Source: an uncultured Bacteroidales bacterium
GTDB taxonomy: Bacteria > Bacteroidota > Bacteroidia > Bacteroidales > Bacteroidaceae
DNA length: 64,000 nucleotides
NCBI GenBank assembly: GCA_902798425.1
Contig: CADBWR010000005.1
Location: 12,579 to 76,578 of the forward strand
Direction: 5' to 3'
The notes beneath the pieces were generated by a model. It saw only the letters and a program-made list of their open reading frames with translations, searched no databases and was not told the origin of the DNA. Both the position numbers and the translations under genes were made by a program. Shown piece after piece: positions 41,665 through 52,513 of this stretch (position 1 is the stretch's first letter; each line of letters opens with the position of its first letter).

Positions 41665-44241
41665 ATGAAAATTAAAGCAGACTATGCAAATGCTCCCATG
41701 TGGAAGGACCTGACCGTCAAGTCAAGTCTTCCTGAGCAACTGAAGTGTTTGGGCGAGATTGCCCACAACATGTGGTGGGTTTGGAACTTCGAGGCTCGCG
41801 ACTTGTTCCGCGACCTGGACCCTGAGATTTATCATGATGTAAAACATAACCCCGTCATGCTGCTGGAGCGCCTGACCTTCGACCGCAAAGAGCAGATCCT
41901 GAAGGATAAGGCTTTGATGAAGCGTATCAACGATGTCTATGCGCAGTTCCGCGCCTATATGGACGTAAAGCCAGACAGCAAGCGCCCCTCAGTGGCCTAC
42001 TTCTGCATGGAGTACGGCATCCACTCTGCCCTGAAGATCTATTCAGGTGGTCTGGGCATGCTCGCCGGCGACTATGTCAAGGAGGCTTCCGACTCTAACG
42101 TCGACATGTGTGCCGTAGGTTTCCTCTATCGTTTCGGTTACTTCACGCAGAGCCTGTCGATGGATGGTCAGCAGATTGCTAACTACGAGACGCAGAACTT
42201 CGGCTCACTGCCCATCGAGCGCCAGCTCGACAAGGACGGCAACCCGATGGTGATCGACGTACCTTACAACAACTACCAGGTGCATGCCTATGTGTGGCGT
42301 GTCAACGTTGGTCGTGTGAAGCTCTACCTGCTCGATACCGACAATGAGATGAACTCTGAGTTCGACAAGCCCATCACCCACGCACTCTATGGTGGCGACT
42401 GGGAGAACCGTCTGAAGCAGGAAATCCTGCTGGGTATCGGTGGCATGCTGCTGCTCAAGAAGCTGGGCATCAAGAAGGATATCTACCACTGCAACGAGGG
42501 CCACGCAGCACTCTGCAACCTGCAGCGTCTGTGCGACTATATCGAAGAGGACGGACTGACCTTCAACCAGGCTCTCGAACTGGTACGTGCCAGCGGTCTC
42601 TACACCGTTCACACTCCCGTTCCTGCTGGTCACGACTACTTCGAGGAGGGTCTCTTCGGCAAGTACATGGGTGGCTATCCTCAGAAGTTGGGCATCACGT
42701 GGGATGAGTTCATCGGCATGGGACGTACCAACCCCGACGATCACAACGAGAAGTTCTGCATGTCTACCTTCGCCTGTAACACCTGTCAGGAGGTTAACGG
42801 CGTATCATGGCTCCATGGTGAGGTCTCGAAGAAGATGTTCGCCCCCATCTGGCAGGGCTACTATCCCAGCGAGAACCACGTAGGTTTCGTTACCAACGGT
42901 GTTCACTTCCCCACATGGGCTGCGGCTGAGTGGCGTGCTGTCTACAGCAAGTACTTCGACAAGAGCTTCATGAGCGACCAGTCTAACGAAGAAATATGGC
43001 ACGCCATCTATAACTGTCCCGACGAGGAGATTTGGGCTACTCGTAAGGCATTGAAGGCTAAGCTCTTCGACTATATCAAGATTCAGTTCCAGGAGACTTG
43101 GCTGAAGAACCAGGGCGATCCTCAGCGCGTAGTAAAGATTGTTGAAGGCTTCAACCCCAACGCACTGGTTATCGGCTTCTGCCGTCGCTTCGCCACCTAC
43201 AAGCGTGCACACCTGCTGTTCACGGACCTGGAGCGTCTGGACAAGATAGTCAACAACCCCGAGCGTCCTGTAATCTTCCTCTTTGCTGGTAAGGCTCACC
43301 CCGCTGACGGTGCAGGACAGGGACTCATCAAGAAGATTTTCGAAATCAGTCAGATGCCTCAGTTCCAGGGTAAGGTTATCTTCCTTGAGGACTACGACTT
43401 CCTGCTGGCTCGCCGCCTCGTATCAGGTGTCGACATTTGGATGAATACACCTACGCGTCCTTTGGAGGCCTCAGGTACCTCTGGCGAGAAGGCCGAGATG
43501 AACGGTGTTGTCAACCTCTCCGTCAAGGACGGTTGGTGGCTCGAGGGCTATCGTGAGGGTGCCGGCTGGGCGCTCACTGAGAAGCGTACCTACCAGAACC
43601 AGAGCTACCAGGACAAGCTCGATGCCGCTACTATCTATGGTCTGCTGGAGAACGAGATTGTACCTCTCTACTACGATAAGGACAAGAAGACAGGCATCTC
43701 TAAGGGCTGGGTCAAGGTCGTCAAGAACTCTATTGCCAAGATTGCTCCTCACTATACCATGAAGCGCCAGCTCGACGATTACTATTCTAAATTCTACGAG
43801 AAGCAGGCTAAGCGCTTCAAGGAACTGGAGAAGAACAACTACCGTCTGGCTAAGGACATCGCTCTGTGGAAGGAGACCGTTGCTGAGCGTTGGGATGCCA
43901 TCAACGTCGTCAGCTGCGAGTGGAACTTCCCCGCAACAGGTTGCGAGGCTGGCCAGCCCTACCACATCAAGTATGTCATCAACGAGCAGGGTCTCGACGA
44001 TGCTATCGGCTTGGAGAAGGTTAACGTTTGCCTCGACAAGGATGGTAACGAGAAAGTTTACAATGTGGAGCAGTTGAATGTGACTGGTCACGAAGGTAAC
44101 AACTTTATCTTCGAAGCTGACCTCACACCTCATCAGTTCGGACAGTACAAGTCTGCCATCCGTATGTACCCGAAGAACTCGAACCTGCCTCACCGCCAGG
44201 ACTTCTGCTACGTGAAGTGGCTGGAGCTTCCTCAGCTGTAA
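41665..44241 (+). CDS. glgP: alpha-glucan phosphorylase (GT35)
   Basis: GGLGMLAGD and PLP-lysine region [14 protein letters not shown]. About 850 aa. Confidence 0.9.
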   Translation: MKIKADYANAPMWKDLTVKSSLPEQLKCLGEIAHNMWWVWNFEARDLFRDLDPEIYHDVKHNPVMLLERLTFDRKEQILKDKALMKRINDVYAQFRAYMDVKPDSKRPSVAYFCMEYGIHSALKIYSGGLGMLAGDYVKEASDSNVDMCAVGFLYRFGYFTQSLSMDGQQIANYETQNFGSLPIERQLDKDGNPMVIDVPYNNYQVHAYVWRVNVGRVKLYLLDTDNEMNSEFDKPITHALYGGDWENRLKQEILLGIGGMLLLKKLGIKKDIYHCNEGHAALCNLQRLCDYIEEDGLTFNQALELVRASGLYTVHTPVPAGHDYFEEGLFGKYMGGYPQKLGITWDEFIGMGRTNPDDHNEKFCMSTFACNTCQEVNGVSWLHGEVSKKMFAPIWQGYYPSENHVGFVTNGVHFPTWAAAEWRAVYSKYFDKSFMSDQSNEEIWHAIYNCPDEEIWATRKALKAKLFDYIKIQFQETWLKNQGDPQRVVKIVEGFNPNALVIGFCRRFATYKRAHLLFTDLERLDKIVNNPERPVIFLFAGKAHPADGAGQGLIKKIFEISQMPQFQGKVIFLEDYDFLLARRLVSGVDIWMNTPTRPLEASGTSGEKAEMNGVVNLSVKDGWWLEGYREGAGWALTEKRTYQNQSYQDKLDAATIYGLLENEIVPLYYDKDKKTGISKGWVKVVKNSIAKIAPHYTMKRQLDDYYSKFYEKQAKRFKELEKNNYRLAKDIALWKETVAERWDAINVVSCEWNFPATGCEAGQPYHIKYVINEQGLDDAIGLEKVNVCLDKDGNEKVYNVEQLNVTGHEGNNFIFEADLTPHQFGQYKSAIRMYPKNSNLPHRQDFCYVKWLELPQL

Positions 44242-44353
44242 TCAGTAGGTATTGTCTATAAAAAGCGGAGACTCTTCAGATGAAGGGCCTCCGTTATTTT
44301 TTTTATTAACTAAATAATCTCGATTTGAACGCTGAAAAGAACTGAAACAACAA

Positions 44354-44890
44354 TCAGGCCGTTTCGTCTGTAGTATGTAAAATGATGCTTGTTGCGCCTA
44401 AGGTAAAAAGCGTTCCGTCCTCAATGATGCGACGTTCACGCGGTTTCAGTTCAATATCACCCACAAAGGTTCCCGTATTGCTGTTGTTGTCTGCGAGCGT
44501 ATAGCGCAACTGGCCACGCTTGTCGCGAGAAACGGTTATGGTGCAATGGTTCAAGTCGACGCTGGGATCGACAGTTTCAAAGGGGGTATTGATGGGGTTT
44601 CCTTTCTGATATCGGCCTATAACATTGTCGCCCATGTGCAGTGGTATGACCTGCTTGTAGTGGAAGACGTTCTCGATAACAACGATAGAACCGCAAGGAC
44701 TGTCAACAGTCAGCTGTTCGCTGTTGGCATTCTCTTCCTTCTGTGTCTGACGAAGCTTACTGACTCCAATGCGTATTCCAAACTCCTTGCCACACTGGTC
44801 ACACTTGAATACCAATGACTGACCGGCTTCGTAGCGAGTCTCGTCGAAGGTGATAAAATTGTCGCACTTAGGGCATCTGACACGCTTCAT
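44354..44890 (-). CDS. zinc-ribbon plus FHA domain protein
   Basis: CPKCDN...CDQCG ribbon. FHA core (IGRY...NHCTI...NSNTGTFV...LGATSI). Confidence 0.8.
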   Translation of the reverse strand: MKRVRCPKCDNFITFDETRYEAGQSLVFKCDQCGKEFGIRIGVSKLRQTQKEENANSEQLTVDSPCGSIVVIENVFHYKQVIPLHMGDNVIGRYQKGNPINTPFETVDPSVDLNHCTITVSRDKRGQLRYTLADNNSNTGTFVGDIELKPRERRIIEDGTLFTLGATSIILHTTDETA

Positions 44891-44898
44891 AGAACCTG

Positions 44899-45984
44899 TT
44901 ATGAATTGGCTACTTTCTTATAAACCCAAGCCTCGTAGAATTCTTCCTTCAGACTCATCTTGTTCAGCTGCTGATAGGCATCAGCTTGGTTGCTGAACTC
45001 TGCGCTTACCACGCGTACCACATTATTGGAGATGTACACGTAAGCGTCAGGGAACCCTTCTTTTTTGAGCTGCTCGACATAGCGCTCTGCGTTGGCCAAC
45101 TTCACCTGACTGGCAACAATAATGCAGTAGGTTGTGGCAGGCTTTTGTGCTGCAGTTTCCTCTTTTGTTTCTGTTGACGTTTTAACACCGGCATCAACAG
45201 TTGCCTTTGCAGTAGCCTGTTCTACGACAGGCTCTACAGCGGGCAAGGTGGTGTCCTGTGGGATTAACTTATACAATATGGAGTTTTGCAGTTGTGTCAT
45301 AGCCTCTGTACCCAAATCACTGTTGGTAACGGGGGTGGCAATGAAGAAGAAAGCAGCAACAGCAGCAGCAATGGCTACGGCGTTGCGTACCCATGACATC
45401 TTAATACTGATAGTACTGTCGTCATCGTCATTGTCAGTAAAGTCAATTAACTGAGGCTCTTCAGCAACAGGTTCTTGCTCTTCCGCAGGCTGATGGAGGG
45501 CAATAGACATGGTGTTTGTCTGAGCAACAGCGTGTGGCAAGAGAGCCTCTTCCTCGCTGCTATCTTTCAGACGTCTGATAGGAAAGCCAACCAAGCCATA
45601 AAGGGTGGGAGAGAGGATACCCGACTCGCAAGGGGTAAACTCATATTTTCCTTCCTCGTTGATGGTAAGCTCACCTAAGTCTTCTAAGATATAGTGACCT
45701 TCTTCTTCCAGTTGCTTCTTCAGTTCAGCCACTTCGCGCTCGATGCGACGCATAGCTTCTGGATAGGAAATGTCGTATGCCTCAACATAAGACTGAGCCA
45801 GAACAGAGTCGTTCATGCGCAACTGGGAATTGAATCCAAGGGTGCGCAACGGCGGTAAGAAAGATTTATCGGAGTCATCATAACGCGCTGGGACATTGTG
45901 CGTTATGAAACCTCCAAAATCTGGAACAATGACACAGTCATTATCCAGAAGCAGTATTTCAATATGTCTATGTAGCTCAATCAC
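44899..45984 (-). CDS. HU-CCDC81-like N-terminal domain / C-terminal SPOR domain protein
   Basis: VIVPDFGGFITH motif, one TM segment, C-terminal SPOR (YCIIVASQ...VRVVSAEF). GTG 45984 chosen because a TAcaTTTG box lies inside the longer ORF. Confidence 0.7.
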   Translation of the reverse strand: MIELHRHIEILLLDNDCVIVPDFGGFITHNVPARYDDSDKSFLPPLRTLGFNSQLRMNDSVLAQSYVEAYDISYPEAMRRIEREVAELKKQLEEEGHYILEDLGELTINEEGKYEFTPCESGILSPTLYGLVGFPIRRLKDSSEEEALLPHAVAQTNTMSIALHQPAEEQEPVAEEPQLIDFTDNDDDDSTISIKMSWVRNAVAIAAAVAAFFFIATPVTNSDLGTEAMTQLQNSILYKLIPQDTTLPAVEPVVEQATAKATVDAGVKTSTETKEETAAQKPATTYCIIVASQVKLANAERYVEQLKKEGFPDAYVYISNNVVRVVSAEFSNQADAYQQLNKMSLKEEFYEAWVYKKVANS

Positions 45985-46103
45985 GATGCAAATGTACAAC
46001 ATTTTTCGGAATTGGCAAATAAAATAGTGGAAAAATTAAAAAATCTTTTCTTATCTCATTTTTTATTATTACATTTGCAGTGTAAAAAGACAAAAGAGTT
46101 GTT

Positions 46104-46652
46104 ATGAATTTCAAGAAAACTGCTATCGAAGGCGTGTATGTTATTGAACCACGGGTGTTTAACGATGCGCGCGGTTACTTCTTTGAGGCATGGAAGAAAG
46201 AAGAATTTGAAAAGAATATTGGAAAGATAGAATTTGTTCAGGACAACGAGTCCAAGTCGTTTTATGGTGTCTTGCGTGGACTTCATTACCAGAAAGGCGA
46301 TGCTTCGCAGGCCAAACTCGTACGCGTCATCAAGGGCAAGGTGCTTGATGTTGCCGTTGACATCCGCAAGTCGAGTCCCACTTTCGGCCAATACGTAATG
46401 GTAGAACTCAGTGACGAGAACAAGCGCCAGTTTTTCATTCCCCGTGGCTTTGCTCACGGCTTCTTAGTATTGAGCGACGAAGCTATCTTTACCTATAAAG
46501 TAGACAATGCCTACGCTCCTCAGGCTGACGCCGGCATTCGCTGGAACGACCCGCAGATTGGCATTGAGTGGCCCATAGACCCCAAGGATGTTGTTACCAG
46601 CGAGAAAGACCTAAAGCAGCCTTTTTTGAAAGACGCTGAATTATTTGACTAA
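46104..46652 (+). CDS. rfbC: dTDP-4-dehydrorhamnose 3,5-epimerase
   Basis: DARGYFFE, RGLHYQ, GFAHGF cupin motifs. Confidence 0.92.
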   Translation: MNFKKTAIEGVYVIEPRVFNDARGYFFEAWKKEEFEKNIGKIEFVQDNESKSFYGVLRGLHYQKGDASQAKLVRVIKGKVLDVAVDIRKSSPTFGQYVMVELSDENKRQFFIPRGFAHGFLVLSDEAIFTYKVDNAYAPQADAGIRWNDPQIGIEWPIDPKDVVTSEKDLKQPFLKDAELFD

Positions 46653-46679
46653 TATATTATCTTTAATATAGAATAGGTT

Positions 46680-48002
46680 ATGAATATTGCAATTGTAGGA
46701 ACAGGATATGTAGGACTGGTGTCGGGAACATGTTTTGCCGATACCGGTGCAAATGTTACATGCGTTGATGTTGATGCACAGAAGATAGAACGTCTTAAGA
46801 ATGGCGAGATACCCATCTTTGAACCAGGTCTTGACGAACTGGTCAAGAAGAATGTTGCTGCAGGACGACTGAACTTTACCACAGACCTGTCCTCTGTGCT
46901 GAATGATGTACAGATTGTATTCTCTGCTGTCGGCACTCCTCCTGACGAAGATGGCTCGGCAGATCTGAAATATGTGCTGCAGGTGGCTCGCACCATCGGT
47001 CAGCACATGAATAGCTACCTCGTTGTTGTTACCAAGTCCACTGTTCCTGTAGGTACTGCCGCCAAGGTTCGCAAGACCATCGAGGACGAGTTGGAGAAAC
47101 GCGGAATGAAGGGCTTTGAGTTTGATGTCGCATCAAACCCTGAGTTCCTGAAGGAGGGCAATGCTATCAAGGACTTTATGTCCCCCGATCGTGTTGTCGT
47201 AGGTGTGGAGTCTGAGCGTGCCAAGAAGGTGCTGACCAAGTTGTACAAACCTTTCCTTATCAATAATTTCCGAGTTATTTTCATGGACATTCCCTCTGCC
47301 GAGATGACCAAGTACGCAGCCAACTCTATGCTTGCCACGCGTATCTCGTTCATGAATGACATAGCCAACCTCTGTGAACGCGTAGGGGCCGATGTCAATA
47401 TGGTTCGTGCCGGTATTGGTGCTGATACGCGCATTGGACGTAAGTTCCTCTATGCAGGCTGTGGCTATGGTGGCTCGTGCTTCCCCAAGGACGTGAAGGC
47501 CCTCATCAAGACTGCTGACCAGAATGGCTACTCGATGGAGGTGCTTAAAGCGGTGGAGCGTGTCAACGAGAAGCAGAAGAGCATTCTCTTCGAGAAACTC
47601 ATCAAGGCTTTTGGTTCTAAGGAAGCGCTGAAAGGCAAGACCATTGCCATGTGGGGACTGTCGTTCAAGCCTGAGACGGACGATATGCGTGAGTCTACTG
47701 CGTTGGTAATGATTCAGTTGTTACTTGACGCGGGCTGCGTTGTCCGTGCTTACGACCCTGTCGCTATGAAGGAGTGTCAGCGTCGTATAGGCGACTCGGT
47801 TGTCTATTGCAACGACATGTATGATGCTGTGCTCGATGCTGATGCACTTCTGTTACTGACGGAGTGGAAAGAATTCCGTCTGCCTACATGGGCTGTCATT
47901 AAAAAAGCGATGCACCATCCGCTGGTTATTGATGGCCGTAACATCTTTGACGCTGAAGATATGGATGAAAATGGCTTTGAATATCACTGTATAGGAAAAT
48001 GA
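46680..48002 (+). CDS. ugd: UDP-glucose 6-dehydrogenase
   Basis: IAIVGTGYVGLVSG, GGSCFPKD catalytic Cys region. Confidence 0.92.
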   Translation: MNIAIVGTGYVGLVSGTCFADTGANVTCVDVDAQKIERLKNGEIPIFEPGLDELVKKNVAAGRLNFTTDLSSVLNDVQIVFSAVGTPPDEDGSADLKYVLQVARTIGQHMNSYLVVVTKSTVPVGTAAKVRKTIEDELEKRGMKGFEFDVASNPEFLKEGNAIKDFMSPDRVVVGVESERAKKVLTKLYKPFLINNFRVIFMDIPSAEMTKYAANSMLATRISFMNDIANLCERVGADVNMVRAGIGADTRIGRKFLYAGCGYGGSCFPKDVKALIKTADQNGYSMEVLKAVERVNEKQKSILFEKLIKAFGSKEALKGKTIAMWGLSFKPETDDMRESTALVMIQLLLDAGCVVRAYDPVAMKECQRRIGDSVVYCNDMYDAVLDADALLLLTEWKEFRLPTWAVIKKAMHHPLVIDGRNIFDAEDMDENGFEYHCIGK

Positions 48003-48796
48003 AAATAGGCTGTAGATTATTATTTTCTGTTGTGTGGGTGATGGCAGCTTTTATCGGTTGCCAACAGCATGCAAACAACGGAAAGCTTCCCGAGAGTAAG
48101 GAGGCTAAGCAGTTGTTGCAAGGTGTGTGGAGTGACGTAGAGTCAGAATCTGTCGTCTTCCAGATACATGGTGACTCTGTCTACTATCCTGACTCGACGA
48201 GCATGCCAGCTTATTTCCGTGTCTATAATGACACACTCTATATAGGCTCTTCGTCACGTTACCACATCGAGAAGCATTCTGAGCACGTGTTGTGGTTCAA
48301 GGGTGGAGATGGAGAAATCGTCAAACTGGTTAAGGAAAACGATACTCAGGAAGAAGAGCTCTTTGAAAAACAAAAGACACAGATATTGACGTTGTCTGAT
48401 GTTATGAAGAATGATACTGTTGTTGCCTACCAGAACAATAGGTATCACCTCTATATTGCCGTCAACCCCACTAAGTATAAGGTAACACGCCATACAATCA
48501 ACGACGATGGCTTGGATGTAGAAAACGTCTATTACGACAACATCATACACCTCAGCATCTTTCAGGGCGCCCGTCAGCTCTTCTCGCGAGATTTTCGCAA
48601 ACAGCTGTATCAGAAGCGCCTTCCATCCAGATTCTTTGACCAGGCGATACTCAACAACATGGAATTCACCAGTATTGACGACAAGGGCTTTCATATGAAT
48701 GTCTCCGTATGTACTCCGGGGGATGCATGCTGTTATCTGATAGAACACGTTATCTCGTTCGACGGAAAACTGTCGACGGAAACATTGGAATATTAA
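47999..48796 (+). CDS. hypothetical lipoprotein
   Basis: LFSVVWVMAAFIGC lipobox. ATGA overlap with ugd. Confidence 0.65.
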   Translation: MKIGCRLLFSVVWVMAAFIGCQQHANNGKLPESKEAKQLLQGVWSDVESESVVFQIHGDSVYYPDSTSMPAYFRVYNDTLYIGSSSRYHIEKHSEHVLWFKGGDGEIVKLVKENDTQEEELFEKQKTQILTLSDVMKNDTVVAYQNNRYHLYIAVNPTKYKVTRHTINDDGLDVENVYYDNIIHLSIFQGARQLFSRDFRKQLYQKRLPSRFFDQAILNNMEFTSIDDKGFHMNVSVCTPGDACCYLIEHVISFDGKLSTETLEY

Positions 48797-48804
48797 CTGC
48801 AAAA

Positions 48805-49563
48805 ATGAAGATTACACTTTTACAGACAGATATCCATTGGGCACAGCCTGAAGAGAACATCATGCAAGCTGAACGCATGATGGGCCAGAACGTTGGTAGT
48901 GACCTCTATGTACTTCCCGAGATGTGGAGTACTGGTTTTGCTACTGAGCCTCAACAAATTGCGCACGAAGAGGCAGACAATATCGCCCTTTGTTGGATGC
49001 AGGATGCTGCCCATCGCTATAATTGTGCCATCTGCGGGAGCGTAGCCGTCCACTTGTCTGACGGCACTTACCGCAATCGCCACTATTTCGTTGACGGTAG
49101 GACGGGGATGGTATCTTACTATGATAAGCGCCATCTTTTTACTTATGGTCACGAAAATGAATGTTATACGCCAGGACGGGACAAGTTGATTGTAAACTAT
49201 CAGGGTTGGCGCATGCTCATACTTACGTGTTACGACCTGCGCTTTCCTTGCTGGAGCCGCTATGCCACAGGTAGCGAATACGATGTTATTATCATTGTTG
49301 CCAACTGGCCCGAATCTCGTCAAGAAGCTTGGCAGGTACTTACCCAAGCCCGTGCCATCGAGAACCAATGCTATCTCATCGGTGTGAATCGTGTTGGCGA
49401 CGACTCAAAGTGCCATTATATCGGAGGCAGTGTAGTCGTTGACGCCACCGGTAGCGTAGTCTCTCGCGCTTCAGACCGGGAAGAGACCATTACCGTCACT
49501 CTCGATAAGGCGGAACTCGTCTATCGCCGCACTAAGTTTCGCGTTCTCAACGATCGCGACTGA
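48805..49563 (+). CDS. nitrilase-superfamily amidohydrolase (omega-amidase/YafV-like)
   Basis: Start MKITLLQTDI. E-K-C triad context (LPEMW, LTCYDLRFP). Confidence 0.85.
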   Translation: MKITLLQTDIHWAQPEENIMQAERMMGQNVGSDLYVLPEMWSTGFATEPQQIAHEEADNIALCWMQDAAHRYNCAICGSVAVHLSDGTYRNRHYFVDGRTGMVSYYDKRHLFTYGHENECYTPGRDKLIVNYQGWRMLILTCYDLRFPCWSRYATGSEYDVIIIVANWPESRQEAWQVLTQARAIENQCYLIGVNRVGDDSKCHYIGGSVVVDATGSVVSRASDREETITVTLDKAELVYRRTKFRVLNDRD

Positions 49564-49619
49564 TATACCCATGAATTTTTCAGTTGTAGAACAAAAATGT
49601 TTTTCAACCCCTATAGCCT

Positions 49620-49997
49620 ATGAAATTGCAAGACAGTCTTTATCATATTACTTCCAAGAATGTTGGAGAGTCATATTTAAGTTACGACATCGAGTTAGAG
49701 GCAAGCCATACTAATTACAAGGTCAATTCCCAAGGAGTCCTTGTCATGCCTGGCGTTTGCATCATGCTGATAGCCAAGGAACTGCTGGAAGATGCAGTTA
49801 GCAAACTTGCCACTATACGCGCAGTCAAGAATGTTATGTTTTTCAATGAGCTCTCACCAGTTGAAATGCCTCATATCACCTACACCTTCAAACTGCTGGT
49901 ATCTGACCCTACAACTCATATCGTAAAAATTATAGCGAATGTTAGTGCCGACGGTATTCAGTTAGCCAATATGTCATTCACTTGCAAACAAAACTAA
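49620..49997 (+). CDS. hypothetical protein, possibly hotdog-fold dehydratase-like
   Basis: H..Y....GVLVMPGV resembles the FabZ/FabA active-site segment. Weak. Confidence 0.45.
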   Translation: MKLQDSLYHITSKNVGESYLSYDIELEASHTNYKVNSQGVLVMPGVCIMLIAKELLEDAVSKLATIRAVKNVMFFNELSPVEMPHITYTFKLLVSDPTTHIVKIIANVSADGIQLANMSFTCKQN

Positions 49998-50104
49998 AGC
50001 TCCATTCGTCCAATAGCTTGCGAGCAGCGTAGAGCGTTAGTCCAATGGCTAAAAGGAGTATGAAAGTGGGGTAGTTGTTGTTAGGGACTCCCTACGGCTA
50101 CCCA

Positions 50105-50348
50105 GAAACACAAAACACCCTGTAGATAAGCATCTACAGGGTGTTGGTGGTAGTCGATAGGGGACTTACCGCTAAGGAAACCCACCAAAACGGCTTAAAC
50201 AAGCCCCTTCCGTAAATACCTATATTTCAATTATTTAATAAACTATTTAAAAATCTTAATAAACTGGCTAAAATTTGCATATTTCGAAAAATGCGTGTAA
50301 TTTTGCGTGTAAATTCGAAGGCCTTTTGCCAGCTAATCATCTCAATGA
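50105..50348 (-). ncRNA. candidate about 245-nt antisense/outward transcript at the integrase end of the element
   Basis: Minus-strand TTTG-N20-TAccTTTG promoter (-7 box 50355-50362, -33 at 50383-50386). 12-bp perfect hairpin 50116-50143 followed on the minus strand by UUUUGUGUUU. Antisense to the integrase 5' leader. Confidence 0.35.
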
Positions 50349-50399
50349 CCGCTGCAAAGGTACGATTTTTCATCATATTAAGCAAATTTTTGAGCAAAA

Positions 50400-51752
50400 A
50401 TGTCTGTAAGATTTTTCCTCGATAAGACTCGAATAAAGAAACACGGTGACGGTGCTGTCAATGTCAGGTGTGCTATTTGCATTAAAGGCAAGCGCCTTAC
50501 TACTACAGCCGGTTTCTCTATCCTTCCAGAACTCTGGGATCAGGAAAACCAGAAAGTTAGGTTATCAACACCCAATGGTAAGTCCGTTGTAATTGACGGC
50601 CTGACAGCGAGAGATCTTAATAGCCGTCTTAAGAAGATAGACAGCTATTTTTCCGATTATGAAGCTGAACTCAAACGAAAAAACGAACCGGTCGGAGATC
50701 TCAAAGAATTGTTTGGGAAGGAATTCGGCAAGAAATCGCCAGATATCCCCGCAGAGGAAGAAACGGAAGCGCCGGACATACGTGATTATCTGAAGGCGTT
50801 TCTGGAGGAACAAAGCGATAAAAACAAGTGGCGCACCCTGACAGTAAGGAGTATGGACTCTTTCAAAAGTCATATGGAAGACTTTTTCAACCATGACAAA
50901 ATAACCTCAATCGACTATTTTGACGAGGACGGTACCACCCGGTTTGTCAATTTCCTCATCGATGATAAATGCTTACGCAATTCCACTATCGAAAAGTACA
51001 CCAGCAGACTGCGCTACTTTATCAGATGGGCAGGCAAGAAAGGCTATACAAGCCTAAAAGCCGATTATAAGCCACGCCTCCAGAAAACTAAGAAGCCAAT
51101 TGTCTTCCTGGACTGGAACGATCTCATGAAGCTCCTGAATTACGAGTTTCCTGAAATAGGAACTGAGATTGAACTGGAGGATGTCCACGGAAACCAGTAC
51201 AAAAAGAAAGTCAGTATTGAGAAGGACACTGCAGAACGAATACGCGATGCGTTCTGTTTCTGTTGCTTTACCTCGTTACGGTATTCAGACCTTAAACGGT
51301 TGCAGCGAACAAACATCTTCGGTAAGTACATTCTACTAACGACGAAAAAAGATACCGACTCGGTAAAAATCGAATTAAACAAGTATTCAAAGGCCCTCCT
51401 CGATAAATATCGTGACGAATCTTTTCCAGACAATGCCCCACTCCCTGTTATCAGTGAGCAGCGCATGAACGAACATTTGAAGCTTATTGGTGAAATGTGC
51501 GGCTTCAACGATCCTGTTCACATCACTTACTTCAGGGGAAGCGAACGAGTTGACGAAGTCTATGAAAAATGGAAGCTGATGACCACGCATGTTGGCAGAA
51601 AGACTTTTATCTGTAATTCACTTATGCTTGGTATCGCGCCGCAGATTGTCATGAAGTGGACAGGACATAGCGATTATGCTGCCATGAAGCCCTATATTGA
51701 GATTGCAGATAAGGCAAAAGAGGATGCTATGTCCTTGTTTGACGCAAAATAA
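50400..51752 (+). CDS. int: tyrosine-type site-specific integrase
   Basis: C-terminal catalytic region (FTSLRYSDL, HVGRKTF, WTGHSDYAAMKPYIE) and N-terminal arm-binding-type domain. TAaaTTTG and TAatTTTG boxes upstream. Confidence 0.9.
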   Translation: MSVRFFLDKTRIKKHGDGAVNVRCAICIKGKRLTTTAGFSILPELWDQENQKVRLSTPNGKSVVIDGLTARDLNSRLKKIDSYFSDYEAELKRKNEPVGDLKELFGKEFGKKSPDIPAEEETEAPDIRDYLKAFLEEQSDKNKWRTLTVRSMDSFKSHMEDFFNHDKITSIDYFDEDGTTRFVNFLIDDKCLRNSTIEKYTSRLRYFIRWAGKKGYTSLKADYKPRLQKTKKPIVFLDWNDLMKLLNYEFPEIGTEIELEDVHGNQYKKKVSIEKDTAERIRDAFCFCCFTSLRYSDLKRLQRTNIFGKYILLTTKKDTDSVKIELNKYSKALLDKYRDESFPDNAPLPVISEQRMNEHLKLIGEMCGFNDPVHITYFRGSERVDEVYEKWKLMTTHVGRKTFICNSLMLGIAPQIVMKWTGHSDYAAMKPYIEIADKAKEDAMSLFDAK

Positions 51753-51954
51753 AGCCCTCTGACGGCTTTTTGTTACTTCTGACGTGTAGTTGCCCGCCAA
51801 GTATACAAAAACGCCACAGAAGGCCTAAAATGTGCAAAATTATAAACATTTTTGCTATTTGCATGACTGAATAGTTCAAAGACATAAAATACTGAATGCC
51901 TTGAACTTATTATTTTTATGTTTTCAAACAAAGTAACACTTTTTGTCAAAATAT

Positions 51955-52370
51955 TGTAAACATGTATACATGTAAACATTGTTAGCAAAAAGAAATTTAA
52001 TGAGCAAAAACCTCCTTAAATAGGCATTTTTTTATGTGTACATTTTAAACATGTGGACATGTCAACACGATTAAAACGCCAACACTACTGCAAGAGGATT
52101 ATTAAAACCAGGTACAAAATATCAGGCATAATTAATGATCGTCTATCGGTTCTCCTGTAAAGTTTCACTGATACACGGGACTGATGCCCAATATTTTGAC
52201 CAGCTTAACCTGGATATTTGAATAATTTAAAAATGTACGCACGTACACATGTGTACATATTTATAAAGTATACACGTATTCATGTATGACATGCGGACAT
52301 GAAATATTGTATAAAAGAATACATGTTTACAATGTAATCATGAATACAATGTCTAACTGTCTTCATGAAT
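51955..52370. repeat. array of ACATGT-centred palindromes/half-sites
   Basis: Six exact ACATGT (51960, 51968, 52049, 52057, 52247, 52321) plus five further CATG. Perfect 14-bp palindromes ACATGTATACATGT (51960-51973) and GTACACATGTGTAC (52243-52256). Confidence 0.8.
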
Positions 52371-52513
52371 ACAACTTTTATCTTACCTTCATCAGTTTTA
52401 CTTTTATAGAAATCCACCAAATAACCGTTATATGGTAGGTTTTCGGTTTTACGTATGCCTTTCAGCAGACTTGTGTTCACTTTCTCTATCTGACTGTGAG
52501 AGGGTTCTACCAT
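52280..52513 (-). CDS. hypothetical small protein
   Basis: 77-aa ORF. Its 3' third is encoded by the ACATGT repeat array, so the real extent is uncertain. Confidence 0.4.
   Translation of the reverse strand: MVEPSHSQIEKVNTSLLKGIRKTENLPYNGYLVDFYKSKTDEGKIKVVFMKTVRHCIHDYIVNMYSFIQYFMSACHT

Noticed and set aside
50143-50175. tRNA 3'-end-like string (minus strand reads AAGTCCCCTATCGACTACCACCA) as a possible att site
   Set aside because: No matching T-stem 5' half, D-arm or anticodon arm exists nearby. The string is instead one arm of a TTGGTGG/CCACCAA hairpin, and no second copy occurs in the window.
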